Below, piece by piece: positions 27,908 through 38,400 of a stretch of 64,000 bases of DNA (within the stretch, counting starts at the first letter, position 1; each line of letters opens with the position of its first letter). This stretch comes from an uncultured Acidobacteriota bacterium (GTDB lineage Bacteria; Acidobacteriota; Terriglobia; Acidiferrales; UBA7541). The stretch spans positions 494,843 to 558,842 of the forward strand of contig CAWJPC010000001.1 in NCBI GenBank assembly GCA_963844645.1, in the 5' to 3' direction. The notes under the pieces are model-generated. The model ran no database searches and was not told the origin of the DNA. It saw nothing but the letters and a program-made list of their open reading frames with translations. The position numbers and the translations under genes were made by a program.

Positions 27908-30900
27908 TTAGTAGATGTCGTACTGCTCCCAATGCAGAGTGGGATCAGCCTGGATGATGACGCTCTTCTTCGTCCAGCGCTCGAGCTCCTCGATCAGGGA
28001 TGCTTCGCGGGTCTTTAGCGCCTTCGATATTTCCGGGTGCACGCGGAGCGTGATGCTGCCCGACGGCATTTCCGGCGCCATTTTCATGGCTTCGGTCTGC
28101 AGTTCGTAGCAAAGCGTGGCGACCGACTTCACCATGCCAGAGCCGGTGCAGTACGGGCAGGGTTGGCAGAGCGTACGTTCCAGAGCCTGCTTGGTGCGCT
28201 TGCGGGTGATGGCGATGAGGCCGAATTCGTTGAAACGCAGCATCTTCGACGGAGCGCGATCGGCACGCAACGCCTCTTCGAGCGCCGCCATCACTTTTTC
28301 GCGGTTGCGGCGTTCTTCCATATCGATGAAGTCGATTATGATGATGCCGCCCAGATCGCGCAGGCGCATCTGGCGAACGATTTCTTTCACCGCTTCGATG
28401 TTGGTGCGGACGATCGTGTCTTCGAGGCGGTTCGAACCTTTACCGACGAACTTGCCGGTGTTGACGTCAATCGCGACCAGCGCTTCGGTGTGGTTGATGA
28501 CGATGTAGCCGCCGGACTTGAGCCAGACCTTGGGACGCAGGCCCTTGTCGATTTCCTGCTGAATGCCGAATTCCTCGAACACCGGCGTTTGCTTGGTGTA
28601 GAGCTTCACGCGGTTGACAAGCTGCGGCTGGAAGCGGCTCATGAACTCGACCACTTTCGTGAAGCCTTCTTCCGAATCGACCCAGATCGCGCCGAAGTCC
28701 GGCGTGACGAAGTCGCGCAGGATGCGCTCGACGAGATTCAGATCGCGGTGCAAAAGTGACGGAGCCTTTTTCTGTTCGGAACGCGATTTGATTTCAGCCC
28801 AGGTGTGGGTCAGGAATTCCACGTCGGCGCGAACGTCTTCCGGCGCGGCGCTGGCCGCTGCGGTGCGGACAATGAAGCCACCGCCTGACGTGCCCTTCGC
28901 TTCGTTTACGAGATGACGCAGGCGCGCACGCTCTTCAGCGGATGCGATCTTCCGCGAAACGCCGGTGTGGTCGAGCGTCGGCATGTACACGAGGAAGCGA
29001 CCCGGCAGAGCGACGTGGCTGGTGATGCGCGCGCCCTTCTTGCCGAGGGGTTCCTTAGCGATCTGGACGATGATCTCCTGGCCCTGCTTGAGCATGTCCG
29101 CGATCAGCTGAACCTTTCGCGGCGGATGCGAGCGGTGATGGCCGTGGTGGTGCGGGCGGCTGCCATGGCGATGGTCGCGGCGGCCACGATCGCGTCCTCC
29201 GCGGCGCGCGGGATTGTTCATGCGCGAGCGAAAGTCGTTGCGGACGCGCGCTTCGTTCGGCGCTTGTTGCTGCGCGGAATCGGCGGCGAGAAGTGCCTCG
29301 GCCTGGGAATCGGCGGCGTCGATAATCTGATCAGAAACGGAGCCGTCTTCGGATTCGAGCGTGTCGGGCGCCATCAACGCTTCGGCGCGCGCCTCGAAGG
29401 ATTCCTGGCCTTCGTGCGGTTCGGCCGCGCCTTCGAGATCGACTTCGGAAACCGCCAGCGTTTCCGTTTCGCTTTCTTGGGCGTGAATTGCGTCGTGCGC
29501 GTCGTCGGCCTCGTTGTCCGCCTCGTCGTCGTCCTCGGCGTCCTCGTGGTCGTCGTGCTCTTCGTGCGCGTGAATTTCGTCATGACGGGTATCGTGCTCG
29601 TGGGCGTCATGTTCGTGGCCATGCGTTTCGAGCGCGGAACGTTCCTCCTGTGCTTCAGCGATGTGCTCGGCCAGCGCCGCGGCTTCCTCTTCGGTGAGAT
29701 GCTCGTCAACTACGTGCGCTGGGGCGTGAGCCTCGTGATGCGGCTCATCGCGATGTTCATCGTGGTGCTCATCAAGGTGTTCATCATGATGCGTCTCTTC
29801 GTGATGCCCCTCGGGAACGTGCCGGTGTTCGGCAGCGATTTCGTCGAGCGCGCGCGAAGCATGCAGGTCCAGCTCGTCGTGCTGCCCTTGGTCGACGTGG
29901 CCTTCGACTTCATCCACGTGCGAAGCGCGCGCGGATTGCGCTTCCTCAACCGGATCCGGCGGGAGATGCGCGTGCGCTTTCCACTTCGAAATTGACTCGC
30001 CAGGCAGAGGCTCCAGATGCGATGCTGCGCCGCTCGGGCTCGAGCTTGGCCCTTCAACGCTCGAATGGCTAAACCGGGGAGCACCGCCGTGGCGCGGACC
30101 GCGATCTCGTCCGTAGCGCCCGCCGCGATCGCGATCGAAGCGGCGCGGCTCGCGCGGTTGATAGTCGCGGGGCGGCTGGTGTTCGTGCTGGGTTTGCGGC
30201 TGCGCATCCTGCTCGGCGGTTTCGGCCGGAGGTGCCACGTTGAACGGATCGTGCCCCGATTCATGAGAAGTGTCGTGCGCATGATCGGCCGCAGGTGCGG
30301 ACGGCGCATCGCCGCGGTCGCGAAACCTCGAAATCGATTCACCGGGCAAAACCGTTGAGATGTGGCCGGCGGGCACGTTCGGATCTTGAGGCTGATCGTC
30401 ATGGCTGCGCGGCGAGGCATATTTTGAGGACGGCAAATCGCGGCCGAAACGTCGCTCGCCGCCGCGTCCACCGCCGCCGGGACCATGTCCACCACCGCGT
30501 TGGCGATTGCGTCCGCCGCGGCGGTTGAATCCGCGATTGCGGTCGCCGCCGCGATCGAAGCGTGGACGATCGTGCTGCTGCGAACCGGCTTGCGGCCGCG
30601 CGACAAACGGGGACGGAGTGTAGCTCGCGGGGGGCTGCGACTCACCGGCGTCCGGCGAGACGCCCGAAATGTTTTCGCCTTCCATCGGAGCTACCGCAGA
30701 CTCGCTGCCGCCGGTCTCGGCTGGCAGGCCGCTGAAAGGCGCGACATGCGCGGGCTTCGCGGACTTCTCGTCCGTCGTGACGTGGTCGAGACCTTCAATT
30801 TCTTCCAGGAAGTCGCTGACGTACAGGAAGGCGTCGCTATCGAGTCCGATTTCGACGAAGGCCGACTGCATGCCGGGAAGCACGCGGGTGACCTTGCCTT

Positions 30901-31027
30901 TGTAGATGCTTCCGACTAACGCAAACTCTTTTTCGCGCTCTACGTAATACTCACAAAGCTGACCTTCTTCCAAGATGGCCACCCGCGTCTCGTGGGGGTT
31001 GGCCGAAATAACCATTTCCTTCGACAT
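27908..31027 (-). CDS. rne: ribonuclease E/G with a ~560-aa low-complexity insertion inside the S1 domain
   Basis: Single 1039-aa ORF. S1 start VGSIYKGKVTRVLPGMQSAFVEIGLD, then the insert, then LKQGQEIIVQIAKEPLGKKGARITSHVALPGRFLVYMP, the catalytic core and the Zn-link CPYCTGSG. Confidence 0.9.
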   Translation of the reverse strand: MSKEMVISANPHETRVAILEEGQLCEYYVEREKEFALVGSIYKGKVTRVLPGMQSAFVEIGLDSDAFLYVSDFLEEIEGLDHVTTDEKSAKPAHVAPFSGLPAETGGSESAVAPMEGENISGVSPDAGESQPPASYTPSPFVARPQAGSQQHDRPRFDRGGDRNRGFNRRGGRNRQRGGGHGPGGGGRGGERRFGRDLPSSKYASPRSHDDQPQDPNVPAGHISTVLPGESISRFRDRGDAPSAPAADHAHDTSHESGHDPFNVAPPAETAEQDAQPQTQHEHQPPRDYQPREPRRFDRDRGGRYGRDRGPRHGGAPRFSHSSVEGPSSSPSGAASHLEPLPGESISKWKAHAHLPPDPVEEAQSARASHVDEVEGHVDQGQHDELDLHASRALDEIAAEHRHVPEGHHEETHHDEHLDEHHDEHRDEPHHEAHAPAHVVDEHLTEEEAAALAEHIAEAQEERSALETHGHEHDAHEHDTRHDEIHAHEEHDDHEDAEDDDEADNEADDAHDAIHAQESETETLAVSEVDLEGAAEPHEGQESFEARAEALMAPDTLESEDGSVSDQIIDAADSQAEALLAADSAQQQAPNEARVRNDFRSRMNNPARRGGRDRGRRDHRHGSRPHHHGHHRSHPPRKVQLIADMLKQGQEIIVQIAKEPLGKKGARITSHVALPGRFLVYMPTLDHTGVSRKIASAEERARLRHLVNEAKGTSGGGFIVRTAAASAAPEDVRADVEFLTHTWAEIKSRSEQKKAPSLLHRDLNLVERILRDFVTPDFGAIWVDSEEGFTKVVEFMSRFQPQLVNRVKLYTKQTPVFEEFGIQQEIDKGLRPKVWLKSGGYIVINHTEALVAIDVNTGKFVGKGSNRLEDTIVRTNIEAVKEIVRQMRLRDLGGIIIIDFIDMEERRNREKVMAALEEALRADRAPSKMLRFNEFGLIAITRKRTKQALERTLCQPCPYCTGSGMVKSVATLCYELQTEAMKMAPEMPSGSITLRVHPEISKALKTREASLIEELERWTKKSVIIQADPTLHWEQYDIY

Positions 31028-31254
31028 GTAAACTCCTCATGGCGCACCGGGGATCCGCGGCACACACAGTGGCGCGCGCTCGGCCGGACAAGCGTGAAGA
31101 AAGTCTTCGACGCTGCGGGCCGCCCAGGAAAGGCGTTCCAATTTGTAGGAGGGCTTTCCTCATTCCGGTGCTGACCTGACTCAAAGCTGAAATACCCGGC
31201 CGCGTTTTTGTGCGCGACTCGGGCCTGAAAAATCGTGAAACCAAAATGCGGGCT

Positions 31255-32355
31255 TCAGTTGACGAAACGCCGCATCCGGACGTTCATCACCATGCCCAAC
31301 GCCAAAAATACAAATGCCGTTGACGAGCCTCCGTAGCTCATCAGCGGCAGGGGAATGCCTGTCACCGGCATGTATCCGATGACCATGGATGCATTGACCA
31401 GAACGTGAAAAGCGAGAATCGCCGTAACTCCCATCACCACGTACATCCCGGCGCGATCTTTCGCCTTCTGCGCATTGTCTACAAGCCGCAGAATCAGGGC
31501 TAAATACAAAAGCAGAACCACGCATACGCCGATAAACCCCTGCTCTTCGGCGAGCGCGGCCAGAATAAAGTCCGAATACCGGACAGGCACGAAGCCCAAC
31601 TGATTCTGGCTGCCTTTGCCAAACCCCTTGCCCCAGAATCCACCGGAACCTACCGCAATTTCCGACTGCAAAATCTGATAACCGGCGCCGCGCTGATCTT
31701 CCTCGGGATGGAGGAACGTTTCAATACGCTGCTGCTGGTACGGCTTCAAATGATGCCGCATGTGCCAGCCAAATGGTATCAGCATGGCCAGCAAAACGAG
31801 CCCGATAAGCTGGTGCTTCCACTCGATGCCGGCGAGAAAAATTCCCACGACGGCGACCGGGATCAAAACCAAAGCAGTCCCAAGGTCGGGCTGCTTCAGA
31901 ATTAATGCTACCGGAACCAGGGTGATCAGGGCAACTTTCACCAGATCGCCGAGGGTGAGCCGATCGGTGCGGACTTCGCTGAAGAAGCGAGCCAGCACAA
32001 TGATTATAATCAACTTCATCAGCTCTGACACTTGGAAATTAAATCCGCCGCCGAGTGCGATCCAGCGCTTGGCTCCCAGGCGCGAGAAACCCATCACCAG
32101 CACGACCAGCAATCCTAAAATGCCTGAGATGTAGAGGATAGGAGCTTGATCGAGAAGCGTGTGGTAATCGACCCTCGAGATCAGGAACATCGCGACGAAG
32201 CCAATCCCGATCCAGATGAGCTGTTTCCACTGCATGCCTGCCATCGGGCTGGCGTGGGTGGAGGAGTAAATTTCGAGGACGCCGAGCGCGTTAATCGCGG
32301 CGACAATGCCGAGAAGCACCCAGTCGAAATCCTGCGTCTGCGGCCGGTCTTTCAT
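31255..32355 (-). CDS. rodA: rod-shape-determining peptidoglycan glycosyltransferase RodA (SEDS family)
   Basis: 366 aa, polytopic, FtsW/RodA/SpoVE-like. 4-nt overlap with the mrdA stop. Confidence 0.92.
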   Translation of the reverse strand: MKDRPQTQDFDWVLLGIVAAINALGVLEIYSSTHASPMAGMQWKQLIWIGIGFVAMFLISRVDYHTLLDQAPILYISGILGLLVVLVMGFSRLGAKRWIALGGGFNFQVSELMKLIIIIVLARFFSEVRTDRLTLGDLVKVALITLVPVALILKQPDLGTALVLIPVAVVGIFLAGIEWKHQLIGLVLLAMLIPFGWHMRHHLKPYQQQRIETFLHPEEDQRGAGYQILQSEIAVGSGGFWGKGFGKGSQNQLGFVPVRYSDFILAALAEEQGFIGVCVVLLLYLALILRLVDNAQKAKDRAGMYVVMGVTAILAFHVLVNASMVIGYMPVTGIPLPLMSYGGSSTAFVFLALGMVMNVRMRRFVN

Positions 32356-34263
32356 CGGCGCGGACCTCCCACGGTGGCGACGAGTGCCTGCGATGCGACT
32401 GATTTTTCGGCCGATGCAGACGTCAGAACGGTAGAGGGCTTCCCTGTCGCAGGGGGAGTGGTTGGAATCACCTTGGTCTGCTGCTGCGTCCCCGCGGTCT
32501 TTTTGTCGTAGAACATTTTGACGATGTCTTTCACCACTGGTCCGGCCGCCTCGCCGCCGTGCTCAACGGTGTCCTGTACGATTGCGGCGACCACGATTTC
32601 GGGATCGCGGCGCGGCGCAAACCCCACAAACCAGCCGTCCATTTTCTTGGTGCCGATGCGGTTCGCGGCGTCATAGCTCATCAGCTGCGCCGTCCCGGAC
32701 TTTCCACACAGTTCGACATTCGCCAGACGCAGGTGATAAGCCGTGCCGCCCGCTTCGTTCACCACGCCGAACAAACCCTGTGTGACTTTCTCGACTGCAT
32801 CGTCGGAAAGCGGGAAGCGCTCGATTTTCGGATCTTTGTACCCCTTCAGCATGTGCGGCTGAACGAGCGTCCCGCCGCTTGCGACGGCCGCCGCCATGCG
32901 CGCGAGTTGAATGGGCGTGACGGTGACGGCGCCCTGACCGATCGCCACTGAGATCGTTTCGCCCGCGTACCACTTATGGTGATACACGCGCTCTACCCAT
33001 TCCTCGGATGGCATAAGGCCCGGCTCTTCGCTCGGCAAATCGATGCCGGTTTTCTTGCCGAGACCGAGGCCCGAGGCGTAAAACGCGATCTTGTCGATGC
33101 CAAGCTGTTTGCCGACGTTGTAGAAAAAAATGTCGCAGGAATCGACGATGGCGCGGTGCAGGTCAACCTCACCGTGGCCTGCGGGGCGCCAGCAGTGGAA
33201 TTCGCGGCCGTAAAAATTCGCGTGCCCCGGGCAGTAAACGCTATACGAATCCGGAAGCAATTTGGAATCGAGCATCGCCGTTGCCATCACGATCTTAAAG
33301 ACCGAGCCGGGAGCGAGCTGCGCCTGAATGGCGCGATTCAGAAGCGGCGTTTGCTTGTCGGTGTTGAGCTTCTGCCATTCCTCTTTGGGAATTCGTACGG
33401 CGAAATCGTTCGGGTCGAAGGTAGGTTTACTGACCATGGCCAGCACTTCGCCGGTGCGCGCGTCCATCGCGACCACTGCGCCTTGCTTTCCGGCCATATC
33501 GGTCTCAGCGATTTGTTGAAGGTCGAGGTCGATGGTGAGCTGGATCGGCTTGCCGGGAATCGAGTCGACGTTGTCGAGCGTTCGAATCACTTTGCCCACG
33601 CTGTTGACGATCACGCGGCGCATGCCGTCTGTGCCCTCGAGCTGTTCGTTGTACTCGCGCTCAAGACCAGCTTTGCCCACGATGTCGCCCGGGCGGTAGT
33701 GGCCGTCGCTGTCATCCAGCTGCTGTTCGGAAACTTCACCCACGTACCCGATCGCGTTCGCCAGCATCTGGTCGTCCGGATAGCGCCGGCGCTGGACCAT
33801 CATCAACTCGAGAACCGGGAGATCGGCGCGATGCGATTCGACGAATGCGATGTCGGCCTCGGCTGGCCGCGGGCTTGATCACCACGGGCTGGAATTTCGG
33901 CGCGCTTTTTGCGGCATCGAGTTGCTGCTCCAAGTCGGCTGGATCGATGCCCAGGCCTTCTTCAACAGCGGGAAGACTCTTTTGCAGCTGCTTCGGATCG
34001 TCGCGCAGGAGAAGAATGCTGAACGAAGGGTAGCTATCGACGAGCACGCGGCCTTGCCGGTCCAGCATCGGACCGCGCGGTGCGATGATGGGAATCGAGC
34101 GGATGCGGTTGCGTTCGGCGAGATCCGCGAAGTGTTCGGACTGGACGACCTGCAACTTCCAGAAACCCACCATCAGAAGGATGATGCATGCGACCGAAAT
34201 ATACGAGACGAGCGCAAGCCGGCCCTGAGGGATCTTCTGGTCGTTAACGTTCCATGAAGCCAA
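32352..34263 (-). pseudogene. mrdA: penicillin-binding protein 2 (elongasome transpeptidase), frame broken by one extra base near 33861 as sequenced
   Basis: The N-terminal TM and pedestal are in the frame of the 33736 ORF. The transpeptidase (SVFK, KSGTAQ) is in the frame of the 32352 ORF. Removing g33861 gives VVIKPAASEADIAFVESHRADLPVLELMMVQRRRYP. Confidence 0.9.
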
Positions 34264-34499
34264 CGGTACTCCCGAGCGGCGGGTCCTGCACGGCCCTCAG
34301 CGCTTACTCCTCCGGAAGTGCCCACACTTCGGAGGAATCTTTACGCTAACATCGGCACGCCAAGCGCCGCAAGTTGGGTATGTCTATTCGGTCAACGCAA
34401 GTGGTTCAAACAGATACTGGTTACGGGTACAGCGAGAGGCCGGCGAACGTTCGTCGGTTTTGGGCGGATGGGCGAAACGGGGTGCTAAAATTTGGGTTT

Positions 34500-35282
34500 A
34501 TGACCCGCGGAAAAGTTCGAGTGTTGGCGGTTTTCATATTGGTTGGCACCGTCGTGCTTGCTTCAGGATCCGTTGCGCGTTTTCGCGCGGCGGATTCCGG
34601 CGCGCCGATGATGTACCTCACAGTGAAAGATTACGAGGCGGGAATTTCGTTTCGCGACGTGCAGTATCACGCGCCGCTCGGCATGATCGCGAATTCGTGC
34701 TCGTACGCCGACAAGCTCGAACCGACAATCGACTGGAACGACGGGAACGGTCCGCATAAGCCGGATACGAACTACATAACCAAACTGTTGAAAAACACGG
34801 AACCGATTCCGATCGTGATGAACGGCGTCTATCTTTTCTGGGAAGACTCCCACGTCGCGCCCTCGCCGGGAACAAGCACTGTAATCACGAAGCTCGTATT
34901 GCACTGTCTTGGCGATCCGCCGGGCGACAAAGTTTACGTAACAAAAAACACGATTCATTCGTATGCGCGTGTCCCTGTGAAGACCGTGCGCTACCAACAG
35001 AATGGCGCCGAAGTAACGACGGTGAAAGGCCACGATCTGATCGACGTGAGAATCACGCTCGACGCGCCGGCGCCCGAGTCTGGAACGTGGGTCAAACTCA
35101 CCACCGCGCCGCAAGCTGCGCTGAACAGTTTGGCGCCGTTTTATTTCATCGCACCCGGCGAGAACAGCGCGACGATCAAAGCCCTGGAACCGCGTATGCC
35201 TTCGGTCGACACGAAACTTGTCACGATTGCCTCGACCGTCGGCTCGCCCCAGCAAACCCAGTCTCTTCTGGTAAAACCGTAA
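34500..35282 (+). CDS. hypothetical secreted protein
   Basis: Start at ATG 34500 with signal-like MTRGKVRVLAVFILVGTVVLASG. About 260 aa, no recognised motif. Same strand as the giant gene downstream. Confidence 0.55.
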   Translation: MTRGKVRVLAVFILVGTVVLASGSVARFRAADSGAPMMYLTVKDYEAGISFRDVQYHAPLGMIANSCSYADKLEPTIDWNDGNGPHKPDTNYITKLLKNTEPIPIVMNGVYLFWEDSHVAPSPGTSTVITKLVLHCLGDPPGDKVYVTKNTIHSYARVPVKTVRYQQNGAEVTTVKGHDLIDVRITLDAPAPESGTWVKLTTAPQAALNSLAPFYFIAPGENSATIKALEPRMPSVDTKLVTIASTVGSPQQTQSLLVKP

Positions 35283-35458
35283 CGATTTGGAGATATACCT
35301 GGTCGCTCTCCAAGTTCTAGTACTCGTGTAGCCTGCTATGGATTTCTTCGTTTTTAACGTAGATTTTCACGCCTGATTTGCTATCGTTTTCAGACCCCGC
35401 ACCCTAGTCGCGCCGAAGTGTGTTCGCCGAAAGTTTGCTTGAATTGGAGAACCTCAGG

Positions 35459-38400
35459 ATGTCGGTCCTAACCCCGGTGAAAGTGTTTCTGAAGTTCGCG
35501 TCGCAGAGATTCCGAACGATAGCTCGACGTGCGTCCGTCGTCACGGCCGTTGCTCTCTTCGCACTCTTCCTGCCGGAGCTGACTACGGCACAAGTGCCAG
35601 TGACCACGCACCATTACGACGTCGGCCGTACCGGGCAAAATACTGCGGAAACCCTCCTGACGCCGGCCAATGTGAACTCAACATTGTTTGGCCGCCTTTT
35701 TACTGAACCGGTCGACGCACTCATTTACGCTCAACCGCTTTACATGCCGGCCGTGGCGATTCCGAATCAGGGAACACACAACGTGGTGTACGTGGCGACG
35801 GAAAACGACAGCGTGTACGCCTTCGATGCGGACACCGGTGGGCCGGCCTTGTGGCATGTGAGCTTTCTGATCAACGGTGCGACGGTTGTGCAGGACTCCG
35901 TGATCAACGCAACGGACGTTTACCCAAGCGTCGGCATCACCGGAACGCCGGTGATCGATCCGAGCACGAACACGCTGTACGTGGTGTCCGAGACCTACGA
36001 GAACAGCGCCTGTGTGCACCGTCTGCACGCGCTGGATATCACCACGGGCGCCGAGAAATTCAACGGTCCGGTTGTGATTGCGGCCTCGGTTCCGGGCACC
36101 GGGGAAGGCAGCTCGAACGGCACGATGGCGTTCAACAGCCTTTATGAGAACCAGCGGCCGGGCCTGCTGCTGCTGAATGGCTACGTCTACATCGGATTCG
36201 CGGCGAACGGCGATAACGGCTATTGGCATGGGTGGATTCTGAGTTACAACGCTGCGACGCTTCAGCTGGCGGGCGCGTTCAATTCATCGCCGAATGGAAT
36301 CGGCAGCGGTTTCTGGGCGTCAGGCAATGGCCTTGCGGCGGATACGCTAAATGGCGGGCGCCTGTTCGTCGCGACGGGCAACGGCGATTATCCCGTGCCA
36401 GGCAACGTGGTGCCGAGCCCTGCGCCCGCCCCTTCGACGAGCGTCGACTACGGCGACAGCATGATCCAGCTATCGCTCAACAACGGCGTGATGACACCCA
36501 CGGATTACTTCACGCCGTACAACACTGCGAGCCTCGACGCCGCGGACACGGACCTCGGCTCGGGCGGCGTGCTGGTTCTGCCCAATCAGACCGGAACCTA
36601 TCCCCACGAATTGCTGGAGGCCGGCAAGCAGGGGCGTATTTACGTTGTAAACCGCGACCAATTCACGAACAACAACAGCCACTACTGCGCGGGGTGCACC
36701 ACCGATTCGGAGATTGTGCAAACGGTGAATGGAATCGGCGGGTTGTGGTCCATGCCTGCCTATTGGAACGGCAATATCTATCTCTGGGGCAGTGGCGACA
36801 ACCTGAAAGCCTACACGTTCACGAACGGAGCCCTCTCCGCGAGCCCGACCTCACAATCGGCGGAGAGCAGCCAGTTTCCCGGCTCGACGCCTGTCGTTTC
36901 CTCGAACGGTACCGCAAATGGAATCGTGTGGGCGGTGGAGAGCGACACATACGTAACCGGGCCGGCGGTCTTGCGCGCGTACAACGCGCTTAACGTTTCG
37001 CAGTTGCTCTACGCATCGAACCTTACGAACGGGCGCGACTCTCTCGGCGAGGCGGTGAAGTTCTCGGTTCCAGTGGTGACCAACGGCAAAGTTTATGTCG
37101 GGACCCGAACAGAACTCGACGTGTTCGGACTGTTCGGGAGTTCGCCGACCGCCGCCGCGCCGACGTTCAACCCGGCGCCGAATTCCTACGCCACGTCGCA
37201 GACCGTTACGCTCGGCGACTCGACGCCCGGCGCGTCGATTTACTACACGACGGACGGCTCGACGGCGACGACTTCTTCAAAGAAGTATACGACTGGTATT
37301 TCGGTGAATGCGTCGACCACCATCAACGCGATTGCGGTCGCCACTGGATATTTGAACAGCTCTGTCGCCACAGGTGTCTACACAATCGGCTCTCAAGCTG
37401 CGCCGCCATCGTTCACGCCTGGAGGCGGAACGTACACGTCGAACCAGTCGGTGACGATCACCGATGCGTCGCCGACGCCGACGATTTACTACACAACGAA
37501 CGGCACCACGCCGACGCACAGCTCGGCGGTCTACTCTGGCGCGATTTCGGTGACCGCGACGACGACGATCACGGCGATCGCGTCTTCGCCGGGAATGGTC
37601 GATAGCACCCCGGCGAGTGCGACGTACACGATCTCCGCGGGATCGGGTGCGGCGATCAACTACTCACAGGGCTTCGCCAACGACGCCGGCCTGCAGCTCA
37701 ACGGTTCGGCCGATCTGGACGACAGCCGCTTGCAGCTCACGAACGGTGGTTTGAACGAAGCGAGCAGCGCGTTCTACACCGCACCGATCGACATCCGCAA
37801 TTTCACCACCGACTTCACAATCCAGATTTCGGACGCGATCGCGGACGGAATGACCTTCACGATCCAGAATTCGGCGCAGGGCGCCTCGGCGATCGGCCTA
37901 AGCGGCGGAAACCTGGGATACGGTGGCGGCGGCACCACCGGAATTCAGAAAAGCATCGCGATCAAGTTCGATATTTACAGTAACAGCGGCGAGGGCACGG
38001 ACTCGACGGGCTCGTACCAAAACGGAGCTTCACCGGTTCTGCCGTCGATCGACATGACTTCATCTGGCGTACTCCTGCTGAGCGGCGACGGAATCGCGGC
38101 GCACATCGTTTATAACGGGACGACGCTGACGATGACGCTGACCGACGCGATCGTGAACAAAACGTTCACGCAATCCTGGACCCTGAATATACCTGCGATC
38201 GTCGGCGGCAACACGGCGTACGTGGGCTTCACGGGCGGCAGCGGCGGGAAATCGTCGAGCCAAAAAGTGGAAACCTGGACACTGACTTCGACCCCGCCAT
38301 CGTCGCCAGCGGCGACTACGCCGACGATTACGCCGGGAACAGAATCGTTCTCCGGCAACCTGAGCGTTTCGATGTCGGATACGACCACCGGTGCGACGAT

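Noticed and set aside
28913-29995. 360-aa plus-strand ORF opposite the RNase E/G insert
   Set aside because: It is antisense to a continuous 3.1-kb frame whose flanks are unmistakably RNase E/G. Its low-complexity composition is the complement of the His/Asp/Glu-rich insert.
29117-30805. RNase E/G insert as a misassembly or separate gene
   Set aside because: One frame stays open across the whole 3.1 kb, and the two halves of the S1 domain flank the insert in the same frame. It still deserves read-level confirmation given the indel problem elsewhere.
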